The translations under genes and the position numbers were made by a program. This document shows positions 9,210-17,961 of a stretch of DNA of 31,544 nt, in pieces (within the stretch, counting starts at the first letter, position 1; each line of letters opens with the position of its first letter). Source of the DNA: a virus (taxonomy: Duplodnaviria > Caudoviricetes); the IMG/VR virus record IMGVR_UViG_3300044608_001478, positions 1-31,544 of that record. One strand, given 5' to 3'. The notes under the pieces were generated by a model. That model made no database searches. It had not been told where the DNA came from and worked only from the letters and a program-made list of their open reading frames with translations.

Positions 9210-12200
9210 TTATTTTGCCCTCTTTCTAATTCTCTGATCCTTCCATTGGTAGTGACTTACCATCCCATGAATTCCTCTCTCATCAATGGAAAGACTCATT
9301 CCCTTTTGTTCCCTGATGGCCTTCTCAATTCTACCCAATTTATCATCCAATCCCATGTTGTTGACCACAATTATCTGTTCACCTATTCCCTGGGTGAGTA
9401 GTGGATTCCTTCCTTTGTGGATGTCTTCAAATAATGATCTAAATTTTTTTGTCTTCTCATTATTAAAAACAAATTCTCCTTTGTGGACCACCCCTGCAGG
9501 TTCATACTTTCCACCATGTCCTGTGAATCCACCCTCTGCAAATCCTGCAGCAGCACTCTGTGCCTGGGCCTTTGCTGCAATGAATCCAGATGCCAGTGCA
9601 ATGAGTGTGGCTGCAATGGTGAATGGGGCTGCTGCTCCTCCCTCTGCTGCTGCCTTTGCAATTGCCACTGCAGAGTTGGTCACCAGTTCAATGAGTGCCA
9701 GGGCCTGTTGTGCCCTCACAAACTTTGCCCTCTGTTTGGTCAATTTGTCAAGTCTCTCCTCCTCCAGTTGTAAAATCTCTGCATTCCCTTTCTCTGCAAT
9801 TGCTTTTGCCCTCTCCACTCTTTTTTCCTGCCCATTGATTGCCACCTCTGTCTCTTTGATCCTGGCATCAATGACCTGGTTGATCAGATCAATGGTGGCC
9901 TTTGTGACATCTTCAATGCCCTTGAGAATCTCCTGATTTTTTTTCTCTGATGCGTCAGTCTCAAGTTCTGCCCCTTTTTTGGTGATTCCATTGGCTTTGT
10001 CCTGTGCATCCTGTTTGATTTTAAGGATGTCCAATTCTGCCTGGGCAATGATATTAAGTCTCTCCTCCTGGGTGAGTTCCTCATTGAGAAGGACTAAATC
10101 CCTTTCCTTCTCTATTTGTGTGATCTGAACATTCTCCTGATCTTTAATATTTTGAATCTGTGCATTGATGTTTTCCCTGATATCCTGTTCAATGGCTGCC
10201 CTTTTCTTTTTGGATTTTGCCTTTGATAATTTATCCTGAAGATCTGATTCCAAATTCTCCAGGTCTTCAGCACTCTGTTCCAAAAAAGTCAATTCAGTCT
10301 CCAATTTTATCTGTGCTGCCTCTGCATCTGCATCCTGTTTCCTCTTCCTATACTCATCATCCAGTTTCAGTTTTTTCTGGTTGGTCTCATTCTGTGACTT
10401 CTCCAATTGTTTCTGCTGAATTTTGTCCAGTTCATTGCTCGCTGACTTTGTGAGTTTTCCCTCTGCTGCCAGGTCTGCCTTCCTTCTGGTGATGTCAGTT
10501 TTGATCTTCTCCTGTTGGAGAGTCTGCAAATCATCCAGTTGTTTTTTGGCAGATTCCAGATCCACTATTTTGGAGAAGGATATTGGTTGAGTTTCTATCT
10601 CCAAATTGATATCCTCCAATTCCCTTTGCAGGTTCAAAAGTAGGTTGGCTGCCTCCTGAATTGCCTTTGTGTCTATTGGGGCTCCCTTTGGTTTATTTTT
10701 GTTGATCTCTTCTGTGGCTTTTTTCCAGGCATCTTCTACCTTCTCAATGGCTCTATTTGTTTCTGCCAGTTGGTTTGAAGTAGCATCAAAGGCTGCCCCA
10801 CCTTTTGTGAGTCTTTCAATATTCTCACTGGACAAAAGTGCCTGTTGTTGTTCCTTCTGTTGAATCTCCAATGGGACCTGGACCTTCACACCACTGAAGG
10901 CATCAGAGACTGCCACCTTTGCCTTCTCTCCAGATGATTTGAATTCCTCCTCCACTGCCTTGCCTAAACCAGTGAAGTTTTTTCTGATGTTGGCCTGTTG
11001 GTCAAGTGTTAATTTGTCAAAGACCTGTCTGGATGTCTCTGGTAAATTTTTAAGTGCCTCCTCAAATGAATTTCCCAATGTTATGCCTCCACCTTTGAGG
11101 GTGAGAAGTTGTTTGGTGATTCCATTGACTGCATTCTCACTTGCCTTGCCAATAAGGTTGGCCTGTTGTTCATAGAGTGTGGCCAGGGTCTTCTCTTGTG
11201 ACTGAAGGAGGATCTTTGCCTTCAGTGACACCATCACCTGTTTGTAGGCGAGATCCAGTTGTTCTACAAATTTTTTCTCATCAGAGATGTTTTTCAGAGT
11301 GGCCCCATATTTTGAATTGATCTCTTGGATCAGATCATTTCTCTCTTTGGATCCTGCATTTGTTTTCTTTAAAGTAGCAAATAATTTTTTGAGTTCTGTG
11401 TCCTCTTTGGCCAAAGACTCTGCAGTCTGGGCAGTGAAGTTTTTGACTGCCTCCTGGGAGTCTATGAGTTCCTCATTGGACAGGGTCCATTGTTCTGTGG
11501 AATCTGCTATCTCACCAGTGGCATCACCCCAATCAGTAAGGAGTGCAATTCCTGTGGCCAAAAGTCCAAGTAATAATCCCAAAGGATTTGATTTGATGGC
11601 AAAATTCCATACCTTTTGGGCTGCTGCTGCAGATAGTGTGGCCACTGCATTTCTCCTCTGGGCAATGGTTCCCCTGGTTGTGGCTGCAGTGAATAGATTC
11701 TGAACAAACACCATTCCAGTTTGTAAAATTGCCCAGACTCTCTTTCCTGCTGCATTGAGGGCAGTGGATGTGGTGTTGAGAATGGTTGCCTGTGTGGCTT
11801 TGAACATTGCCCCTGTGTAGAGGATCACTGCTCCTGTGACTATACCAATGGCCACCCTGTTCTGATCCACAAATGTGGGAAGATTCTGAAGGGCTTCCAC
11901 CAGTCCAGACAAAACATCAATGAGGACTTCTGCTGCAGGTAGAAGAGCCTCTCCAATGGATCTTTGCAATGCACTCACATTCCCCTGCAATGTACTGACT
12001 CTACCAGTGAATGATTGTGAGAGGGCATCAGTTAGACCTGCAAACTTCCCACCTTCAGTGGTCAATGTTTTGAAGGCCTCCTCCAAATTTGAAAATGAGA
12101 TTTTCCCCTCACTCCCAAGTTTTTTGACCTGGTCAACATTCACTCCAAGTTGTTCTGCAAAGATTCCTAAAATTGGGACTCCTGCCTCTGTGAGTTGATT

Positions 12201-12719
12201 GATGTCCTCTGCATAGAGAGTCCCTGCCACCCTGGCCTTCCCATAGATGAGTGTCAATTCATTGAAGTCCTTGCCTGTACCTGCAGAGATGTCACCAATT
12301 CTTTGAAGGGTTGTGGTGAGTGTGTCTGCCTCCTCACCAAATGCCAAAAGTGCTTTCCCTGCATTCTGAACCTGTTCTGGAGTGAATGGTGTGGCCACAG
12401 AGAATTTTTCCAGATCTGCCAGGACCTTCTCTGCCTCCTGGGCAGATCCAAGGAATGTGGTGAAGGATATTTTGAGGGCTTCAAAGTCTGCTGCTGCCTG
12501 AATGGATCCCTTGCCAAAGTTGACCAGGACATCAGTCAAAGCAATTGCCCCAAATGTGGCTGCTGCTCCTTTTATTGTGTTGCCAAAATTGGACAGAATT
12601 CCTCCTGTCTTTTTTGCTTCTCCCTGGATCTTTGCAAGTTCAGACTGGACCTTACTAAGTTCTGATTTCAAAGAGGCAGTGTCTGCCTGAATTCTGAATA
12701 GAATATTTTTGACTGCCAT
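9210..12719 (-). CDS. Tail tape measure protein
   Basis: 1169 aa, Ala/Leu-rich and helical. N-terminal tape-measure domain (ADFEALKISFTTFLGSAQEA...ATPFTPEQV...GTLYAEDINQLTEAGVPI) and C-terminal lambda gpH-like motif GFAEGGFTGHGGKYEPAGVVHKGEFV. Confidence 0.95.
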   Translation of the reverse strand: MAVKNILFRIQADTASLKSELSKVQSELAKIQGEAKKTGGILSNFGNTIKGAAATFGAIALTDVLVNFGKGSIQAAADFEALKISFTTFLGSAQEAEKVLADLEKFSVATPFTPEQVQNAGKALLAFGEEADTLTTTLQRIGDISAGTGKDFNELTLIYGKARVAGTLYAEDINQLTEAGVPILGIFAEQLGVNVDQVKKLGSEGKISFSNLEEAFKTLTTEGGKFAGLTDALSQSFTGRVSTLQGNVSALQRSIGEALLPAAEVLIDVLSGLVEALQNLPTFVDQNRVAIGIVTGAVILYTGAMFKATQATILNTTSTALNAAGKRVWAILQTGMVFVQNLFTAATTRGTIAQRRNAVATLSAAAAQKVWNFAIKSNPLGLLLGLLATGIALLTDWGDATGEIADSTEQWTLSNEELIDSQEAVKNFTAQTAESLAKEDTELKKLFATLKKTNAGSKERNDLIQEINSKYGATLKNISDEKKFVEQLDLAYKQVMVSLKAKILLQSQEKTLATLYEQQANLIGKASENAVNGITKQLLTLKGGGITLGNSFEEALKNLPETSRQVFDKLTLDQQANIRKNFTGLGKAVEEEFKSSGEKAKVAVSDAFSGVKVQVPLEIQQKEQQQALLSSENIERLTKGGAAFDATSNQLAETNRAIEKVEDAWKKATEEINKNKPKGAPIDTKAIQEAANLLLNLQRELEDINLEIETQPISFSKIVDLESAKKQLDDLQTLQQEKIKTDITRRKADLAAEGKLTKSASNELDKIQQKQLEKSQNETNQKKLKLDDEYRKRKQDADAEAAQIKLETELTFLEQSAEDLENLESDLQDKLSKAKSKKKRAAIEQDIRENINAQIQNIKDQENVQITQIEKERDLVLLNEELTQEERLNIIAQAELDILKIKQDAQDKANGITKKGAELETDASEKKNQEILKGIEDVTKATIDLINQVIDARIKETEVAINGQEKRVERAKAIAEKGNAEILQLEEERLDKLTKQRAKFVRAQQALALIELVTNSAVAIAKAAAEGGAAAPFTIAATLIALASGFIAAKAQAQSAAAGFAEGGFTGHGGKYEPAGVVHKGEFVFNNEKTKKFRSLFEDIHKGRNPLLTQGIGEQIIVVNNMGLDDKLGRIEKAIREQKGMSLSIDERGIHGMVSHYQWKDQRIRKRAK

Positions 12720-12737
12720 CTTCTGGTCTTTGTTTTT

Positions 12738-13088
12738 TTATGTGGATGACATCCTCCTATTTGTTCCATGGCTTGGACCATTGTCACTTCCTTTGATTTT
12801 CTCCACTGATTTGTTTTTCTCATCAATGATCTTCATCCATGTGGAAATGGTCTGATAGTATTCATCAACAGAGAGGGACTCCATCACCTTCATCTCTGAT
12901 GGCTTGGAATCACAGACCAGTTGGTTCAAAAAGTTTATGTCATCAATATATCTGTTGATTTCAATTTGTGAATAGAGTGGTTGAGTTTTTCTATGTTGAC
13001 CTGGTTGATCTTCAAATATTCTACTATAGCGAATTCGGAGGACTCTGAAAACTTGGTTGTGAGTTTCCAGGCCCTTTCCAAAAAAAAA
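12738..13088 (-). CDS. Tail assembly chaperone, -1 frameshift extension (gpT-like part of a G-T fusion)
   Basis: The 63-aa ORF 12738-12929 has only a TTG start, but its frame stays open back to the T9 run at 13088-13080 and is closed by TGA TGA just upstream. It is in the -1 frame relative to ORF 12935-13519. Confidence 0.75.
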   Translation of the reverse strand, partial: FFFGKGLETHNQVFRVLRIRYSRIFEDQPGQHRKTQPLYSQIEINRYIDDINFLNQLVCDSKPSEMKVMESLSVDEYYQTISTWMKIIDEKNKSVEKIKGSDNGPSHGTNRRMSST

Positions 13089-13519
13089 GAGAGAGCCTCC
13101 TCATCAGACTTCAATAAGTCTCTTTTTTTCTTTTTTGACATCTCATCCATTCCTGTCTCATCCTCACCATCAATGACAAAGTAGATGGTGGCCAGTTCCA
13201 AAAGAGTTTCCTCTTCACCCAGGTAGTTGATCCTAAATTCCACCTCTGCCAATAGATGGAATAGATCCACAATCTTTCCCTCATTTGCATTCCTCTTCAT
13301 CTCCTGGATGAGTCTGATCATCTGATGTCTGGTCAGATTCATGTCTGCAAATCTGGTGGCCACCTCTGCTGATATGGCCCTCTTGGCAGGAATAGTCAAT
13401 GGGTTGTTGTATTCATACCATGACACACCATTTTTATCAGTGTAGATCTTTGTCATGGGGATCTTCCTGTCCATTGTTGTGGAGGATGTTCCCTTTGGTT
13501 TTGCTTTCCAGAATCTCAT
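12935..13519 (-). CDS. Tail assembly chaperone (gpG-like)
   Basis: 194 aa upstream of the tape measure gene. Contains the slippery sequence TCT TTT TTT TTG. Confidence 0.75.
   Translation of the reverse strand: MRFWKAKPKGTSSTTMDRKIPMTKIYTDKNGVSWYEYNNPLTIPAKRAISAEVATRFADMNLTRHQMIRLIQEMKRNANEGKIVDLFHLLAEVEFRINYLGEEETLLELATIYFVIDGEDETGMDEMSKKKKRDLLKSDEEALSFFLERAWKLTTKFSESSEFAIVEYLKINQVNIEKLNHSIHKLKSTDILMT
13080..13088 (-). other. Programmed -1 ribosomal frameshift site U UUU UUU
   Basis: In-frame X XXY YYZ heptamer, followed by an open -1 frame to 12738. GGAGG lies 7 nt upstream of the run. Confidence 0.7.
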
Positions 13520-13556
13520 CTCTTTGTCTGTTTTATGATTGATGGGTTGTTTGGTT

Positions 13557-13564
13557 CAAATATA
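13557..13564 (-). promoter_or_regulatory. Bacteroidota-type -7 box TATATTTG upstream of the tail chaperone/tape measure block
   Basis: Exact TAnnTTTG in the TerL-chaperone gap, identical to the boxes at 22552-22559 and 29923-29930. Confidence 0.5.
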
Positions 13565-13565
13565 G

Positions 13566-14849
13566 TCATTTGATGAATTTAATGAAGTCATGATGGTATG
13601 TCCAAAGGAAGTATCTGAAACAATCCAACAGATGGGTGGAATGTTTGTCTTTTGATTTGTCAACGTCACCCTGGGCATCAGTCTGGACTGACTGCAGATC
13701 ATTGATCAACCATTGACATGATGAGTCAATGGCAAATTCTGGATGTCTCTCCAAAATGGAGTTCACCAGGACTCTGGAATTCTTTATGGATGGATTGATG
13801 CTGGGGACTTTGAATGATGACTTTGGGAGATCCAATTGTGATTTGATGATCTGGTAGTAGTTCATGGATCCTTGGGTCATTGCAGATCTGTTTGATCCAC
13901 TGGCATCACCAGTCACTTGAAAAATCTGCCTGCCAAATGTCACCAGGATGGCCTCACATAATGCATAGATGTCTGAATTCCTCAATCTAAATTCCTTCAA
14001 TATTTTGATAGATCCATCATAGGATTGACCTGCCAGGCAAGTGATGGGATCCACATTGAAGTCAAATGACAGGATGATAGGATGACCCTTTTTGATCTGA
14101 AGTCCAGGTCTGACATTCCTGCTTTTTTGGAAGGCATAGGCAAAGGGTCTCTCCACATCCATGATGTCCCAGTTCCCTTTGACAAAGATCTCCCTGGTCA
14201 TCTCATCAATGTTGGCCAGTCCTTCCAAGTAAGTATCTGGAAGGGATGGATTGTCAACCATCAGTGACTGCAAGTAGTAGTGATCTGATGGTAGTTCACC
14301 TTTGATGGATGGTTCATGGAAGACCTCTTTGGTCCAGTTCTGTGATGGGTTGCAGGTGACCATGATGATGGGCATAGGTTGCCTCTCCATCCCTGGAATG
14401 ATGTGCCTGCCTGCCCTCAATTTGCATTTCTCAAAGGTCTTCCTCTGGCATTCCTGTCCTTCCTCAATCAAAAAGAAGTTTGCCTCAATTCCATCAAATC
14501 TGGTTAGATTTTTATCCTGCACATAGTTCTCTGGAAAAAAGGTGAGTGATGATCCATTGCGAAATCTCACCACTTGGTCTGTTTGGTTGAATGACTTGAT
14601 GAAGATTTTTGGGCATAGTTTAAAAAATGAATGGATGGTGGTCCTCTTCAGGGATGGCAAAGACTCTCGGATCACAAATGACTTTGAATTTGGATAGACC
14701 TTGGCCAACAGAATAAGTGTGGCCAGTGACACATAGGACTTCCCTCCACCTGCTGCTCCTCCAAATAGTAGGTGTCTGAATTTTCCAGAGAAGACTGCAT
14801 CAATGAATTCTTTTTGTTTTGCGTGTGGCTCAAATAGGACTCCACTCAT
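13566..14849 (-). CDS. terL: Terminase large subunit
   Basis: Adenine-binding PHAKQKEF, Walker A GGAAGGGKS, Walker B FFLIEEG, coupling motif TCNP, and nuclease residues FDFN / GDASG / HLLDCFRY. Confidence 0.96.
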   Translation of the reverse strand: MSGVLFEPHAKQKEFIDAVFSGKFRHLLFGGAAGGGKSYVSLATLILLAKVYPNSKSFVIRESLPSLKRTTIHSFFKLCPKIFIKSFNQTDQVVRFRNGSSLTFFPENYVQDKNLTRFDGIEANFFLIEEGQECQRKTFEKCKLRAGRHIIPGMERQPMPIIMVTCNPSQNWTKEVFHEPSIKGELPSDHYYLQSLMVDNPSLPDTYLEGLANIDEMTREIFVKGNWDIMDVERPFAYAFQKSRNVRPGLQIKKGHPIILSFDFNVDPITCLAGQSYDGSIKILKEFRLRNSDIYALCEAILVTFGRQIFQVTGDASGSNRSAMTQGSMNYYQIIKSQLDLPKSSFKVPSINPSIKNSRVLVNSILERHPEFAIDSSCQWLINDLQSVQTDAQGDVDKSKDKHSTHLLDCFRYFLWTYHHDFIKFIK

Positions 14850-15013
14850 GTGATGATGTTAATCAACCAAACTACTGAATCAATGATCCATCTTACCATA
14901 TTGATTGATCCAATGATGATTGAAATCAATATCCAGATGGTCAATGTCACTTGGGTTTTAAATTTGGGACCTGTCCAGTTCCAGTTCAATGGTTGGTTGT
15001 GTGTTCTTTTCAT
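14846..15013 (-). CDS. Small membrane protein (55 aa) between terS and terL
   Basis: Hand translation MKRTHNQPLNWNWTGPKFKTQVTLTIWILISIIIGSINMVRWIIDSVVWLINIIT. TGATG overlap with the terS stop and ATGA overlap with the terL start. Confidence 0.7.
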   Translation of the reverse strand: MKRTHNQPLNWNWTGPKFKTQVTLTIWILISIIIGSINMVRWIIDSVVWLINIIT

Positions 15014-15507
15014 CATTTGAATTTTATTGTTTGGTCCCCAATTTTAAATACCTGCTCCTCTCCTCCAAAGTCCATGGTCAGGTCTTCATTCCAGTGGACT
15101 GGATCACTATTTTTCAGGGCAAAAATGATGGCAGTGGCATTTGGTGAGATATATTTTTTACGTTTTTTCACCCTCTTTCCCACCAGTTCATTCTTTTTGT
15201 TGAAGATCTCCTCCACCTCTTGCTCCTCCACCCAGAATCCTTCCACTAATCTTTGAAGTCCAGTGGAGGCCTTCTCTCTGATTCCTTCCTTCTCCACTCT
15301 GGAATGGGCATCCTTGGCCTTTTTGAATAGTTCTGCAATTTCGGAAACGTCTGCACACCAATTCCAAAATGTCCTGGCAGTGACTCCGAGTTCACCACAA
15401 CAGGAATCCAAAGTCACACCACCAAGTTCATAGAGTTGGCAGATCTTCTGGGACATTTTTATTTTGTCATCCAAAGATCTCTTTGTGGTTTTTTTTTCAG
15501 TCTTCAT
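15013..15507 (-). CDS. terS: Terminase small subunit
   Basis: N-terminal HTH (TLDSCCGELGVTARTFWNW), PNATAIIFALKN motif typical of TerS, upstream of terL. Confidence 0.85.
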   Translation of the reverse strand: MKTEKKTTKRSLDDKIKMSQKICQLYELGGVTLDSCCGELGVTARTFWNWCADVSEIAELFKKAKDAHSRVEKEGIREKASTGLQRLVEGFWVEEQEVEEIFNKKNELVGKRVKKRKKYISPNATAIIFALKNSDPVHWNEDLTMDFGGEEQVFKIGDQTIKFK

Positions 15508-15542
15508 GATTTTGGTGGGTGATGGATCTGATAGTCAATGTT

Positions 15543-15550
15543 CAAAATTA
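15543..15550 (-). promoter_or_regulatory. Bacteroidota-type -7 box TAATTTTG upstream of terS
   Basis: TAnnTTTG in the intergenic gap at the early/late boundary. Confidence 0.45.
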
Positions 15551-15557
15551 CAATTTT

Positions 15558-15752
15558 CTAATCATTCTCATCATTTTCAGCATCCAAATCAATGAGATCA
15601 CAAAGGAGTTCCATGGATATGATCAATTGGCCCCTGGATTGTTCTATCATCTGCCACCTCCAGTGAAATTCATTGAGTGAGACATCTGGGTCATTTGCCC
15701 AATTGATTTGCAGATCATCAATGATCTGATTGAGAGTATTAATAGGATTCAT
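15558..15752 (-). CDS. Hypothetical acidic protein (64 aa)
   Basis: ATG start overlapping the upstream stop (ATGA). Confidence 0.65.
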   Translation of the reverse strand: MNPINTLNQIIDDLQINWANDPDVSLNEFHWRWQMIEQSRGQLIISMELLCDLIDLDAENDEND

Positions 15753-15865
15753 TTTTTGTTGTTTTTTTTTCTCTCTTTGACCTCATAATTTGCAAGTAGG
15801 AATGCAAAGACTCCAAAGGTGATGATCCAAATAATAAGAATTGATTTGAGAATGGTTTCAATCAT
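15749..15865 (-). CDS. Small single-TM protein (38 aa)
   Basis: Hand translation MIETILKSILIIWIITFGVFAFLLANYEVKERKKNNKK, with ATGA overlaps at both ends. Confidence 0.65.
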   Translation of the reverse strand: MIETILKSILIIWIITFGVFAFLLANYEVKERKKNNKK

Positions 15866-16041
15866 TTTCTGCCTTTTATATTCTCATCAATTTCCATCTC
15901 CATTCTTTTTTTGTTTTCCTCAAATTCCTTCAATTGTTGTTGCATTGTGAAGATGAGTGATGTTAATTGAGCAATATGTTGATTGATGAAATTGATTCCA
16001 TTCTGCAGGTTGGTGATATTTTGATTGTGCTTTATGCTCAT
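15862..16041 (-). CDS. Small coiled-coil protein (59 aa)
   Basis: Hand translation MSIKHNQNITNLQNGINFINQHIAQLTSLIFTMQQQLKEFEENKKRMEMEIDENIKGRK, with ATGA overlaps at both ends. Confidence 0.65.
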   Translation of the reverse strand: MSIKHNQNITNLQNGINFINQHIAQLTSLIFTMQQQLKEFEENKKRMEMEIDENIKGRK

Positions 16042-16280
16042 TTTTTTGATTTTTTAAGTGTCTCCCTATCATGTGGGTGGAGGGAGTTCATCCATTTGAT
16101 GTGGTTTATTTTTTGTTTTGTTTTAACGAGCAAATAGTTCATCCCATCCAGGAATCCCACTATTTTGAGAATCTTTGCCAAAATCCAAATGATTGATGCC
16201 AGGATGATGACCACCAAAGAAATTCCAAAATAAAATGGAAGTGCCAGGATGATTCCAAATTTGATTTTTAGATTTGTCAT
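16038..16280 (-). CDS. Hypothetical membrane protein (80 aa)
   Basis: Hydrophobic N-terminal half, basic tail, ATGA coupling. Confidence 0.7.
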   Translation of the reverse strand: MTNLKIKFGIILALPFYFGISLVVIILASIIWILAKILKIVGFLDGMNYLLVKTKQKINHIKWMNSLHPHDRETLKKSKK

Positions 16281-16720
16281 AATTTTAATTTTTCTATGTT
16301 TTCCATGTAGTTTTTTAAAATGTCTTTTTTGATGTAGAATCTGGATGGTTGATCTGGGACTCTGATCCCTGCCAATATCCTGGATTCATCCTTTGGTGGG
16401 ATCAGATTGATGCAGGTTGAAAGTAGTGCAAAACAGGAATGATTGTTGAACACATCAGTGATTTTGATGATAGGATCTTCATGCTCATGGTCAATAAAAC
16501 TTAACCAGGGAGTGATGCCCAGGTCTAAGGTTCTGAATTCTAAAAGAGTTTCTGACTTGTTAATGATTCCAATGATTTTGAAGTCCAGTGACTCATCTAA
16601 TTTTTTTTTGACATATTCCTGGATGAATTTATCCAGGTCATCTTGGGTTCCTATGAATTGGATGGATCTTGGTCCTTCCTCTTGATCAATCACATCAATG
16701 ATCCATTCCTGTTCCATCAT
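16277..16720 (-). CDS. Hypothetical protein (start probably 16720/16717 rather than 16795)
   Basis: ATG ATG at 16720/16717 minimises the overlap with ssb. Confidence 0.65.
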   Translation of the reverse strand: MMEQEWIIDVIDQEEGPRSIQFIGTQDDLDKFIQEYVKKKLDESLDFKIIGIINKSETLLEFRTLDLGITPWLSFIDHEHEDPIIKITDVFNNHSCFALLSTCINLIPPKDESRILAGIRVPDQPSRFYIKKDILKNYMENIEKLKL

Positions 16721-17048
16721 GGTCTGGATTTTTTGCAGTGAGTAGTTCCATTTTTTCCACCTGGATCTCCTGGACTTTGACTTCCTGTCCATCATTGTTG
16801 GTCCATGTTCTGGTTCTCATCTTGCCTTCCACCATCACTTTTGATCCTTTATGGCAGTATTTTTCCATGAAATTTGCAGTGGTGTCCCATGTGGTGCATG
16901 AAAACCATTCTGTGATCTTTTGTTTGTCACCATTCCTGTCTTTGTAATTTTCAGAGACTGCAATTGAGAAGTTGCAGACCTTTTTTTGTTGGTCAAATGT
17001 TTTGATTTGCAGGTATCCAATGTTCCCAATTAAGATGACTTTGTTCAT
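16695..17048 (-). CDS. ssb: Single-stranded DNA-binding protein
   Basis: MNKVILIGNIG...NFSIAVSENYKDRNG...TEWF...KGSKVMVEGKMRTRTW is the canonical SSB OB-fold pattern. Confidence 0.95.
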   Translation of the reverse strand: MNKVILIGNIGYLQIKTFDQQKKVCNFSIAVSENYKDRNGDKQKITEWFSCTTWDTTANFMEKYCHKGSKVMVEGKMRTRTWTNNDGQEVKVQEIQVEKMELLTAKNPDHDGTGMDH

Positions 17049-17073
17049 GTTGGTGTGAATTTAGTTGTTTTTT

Positions 17074-17961
17074 TTATAGTGTGAGAATATAGTCTTTGAT
17101 GATCTGTTCCACATCCACCTGATCCTCTTTAAATTTTTTGAAGTAGTGGTGGATGGTTAATTCATAACATTTTGAAACAATGTCATTTTTGCAAATATTT
17201 TCCAATCCATGTTCCTGAATTTGTTCATGGATTTTTCTGAATGATCTGGCATCATTGATGGTTTCCCAATTCTGATTTTTTCTTTCCATTTGGATTTTTA
17301 CAATATCAAATGCCTTACTATAGATATTTTTTTTTAATTCACTGGGAGCCTCAAACATTTTCATATCCTCCACCAAAGATTTGTATATGATTTTATATGG
17401 GCATATTCCAAAGGTGATGGATCCTGTTCTGTGGTAGTATCTCCAGGCAAAAAGGATGGTGTCTTCAATGAATTCAATTTGATCTTTTTTTATCTGCTCT
17501 GGTGTTTTTTTTACTTCTTTTTTTTCCTGCTCATCTTTGGCGTTTCTCAATTCTTTTATGGCTAAAGTCCTGATGTTATCATTGTAGGCCCTGATGACCT
17601 GTCCCAAATAGAGTGGTGAGAAATTTTGATAATGTGTTGCATCCATGCCCAGTTCTCCATTGATGAGCCTATGAAATGCAATTTTAAATTCCTCCAGACC
17701 ATAGTTGGACAAATCCTGTCTGATGTAGTTTATTAGGACTGCCTTCTGGACATCATCTGGGATGTTGTCTGCCTTGAGTCCAATCAGGGTGAAAATATAT
17801 CTTAGGACCTGTTTGATGGGTTCATCATCATTAGGATCCACCTGCCTCACTTTCATTGCCTGGGTGGCCAGAATTACCTCCCTATTTTTAGAAGTTACGC
17901 AATTTATCAGTGAAGGATTGTTTTGAAGTACCTGTGTTTTGTATATTTTTTTCAGAGTCAT
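17074..17961 (-). CDS. Hypothetical protein, possible replication accessory / helicase-loader-like
   Basis: 295 aa, overlaps the 3' end of the initiator gene. The lambda O-P-like position is the only functional support. Confidence 0.4.
   Translation of the reverse strand: MTLKKIYKTQVLQNNPSLINCVTSKNREVILATQAMKVRQVDPNDDEPIKQVLRYIFTLIGLKADNIPDDVQKAVLINYIRQDLSNYGLEEFKIAFHRLINGELGMDATHYQNFSPLYLGQVIRAYNDNIRTLAIKELRNAKDEQEKKEVKKTPEQIKKDQIEFIEDTILFAWRYYHRTGSITFGICPYKIIYKSLVEDMKMFEAPSELKKNIYSKAFDIVKIQMERKNQNWETINDARSFRKIHEQIQEHGLENICKNDIVSKCYELTIHHYFKKFKEDQVDVEQIIKDYILTL

Noticed and set aside
13080-13088. Homopolymer sequencing error or pseudogene
   Set aside because: Both frames stay open downstream and the location before the tape measure gene is the canonical frameshift context.
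16721-16795. N-terminal extension of ORF 16277-16795
   Set aside because: It lies wholly inside ssb; the start at 16720/16717 is more plausible.
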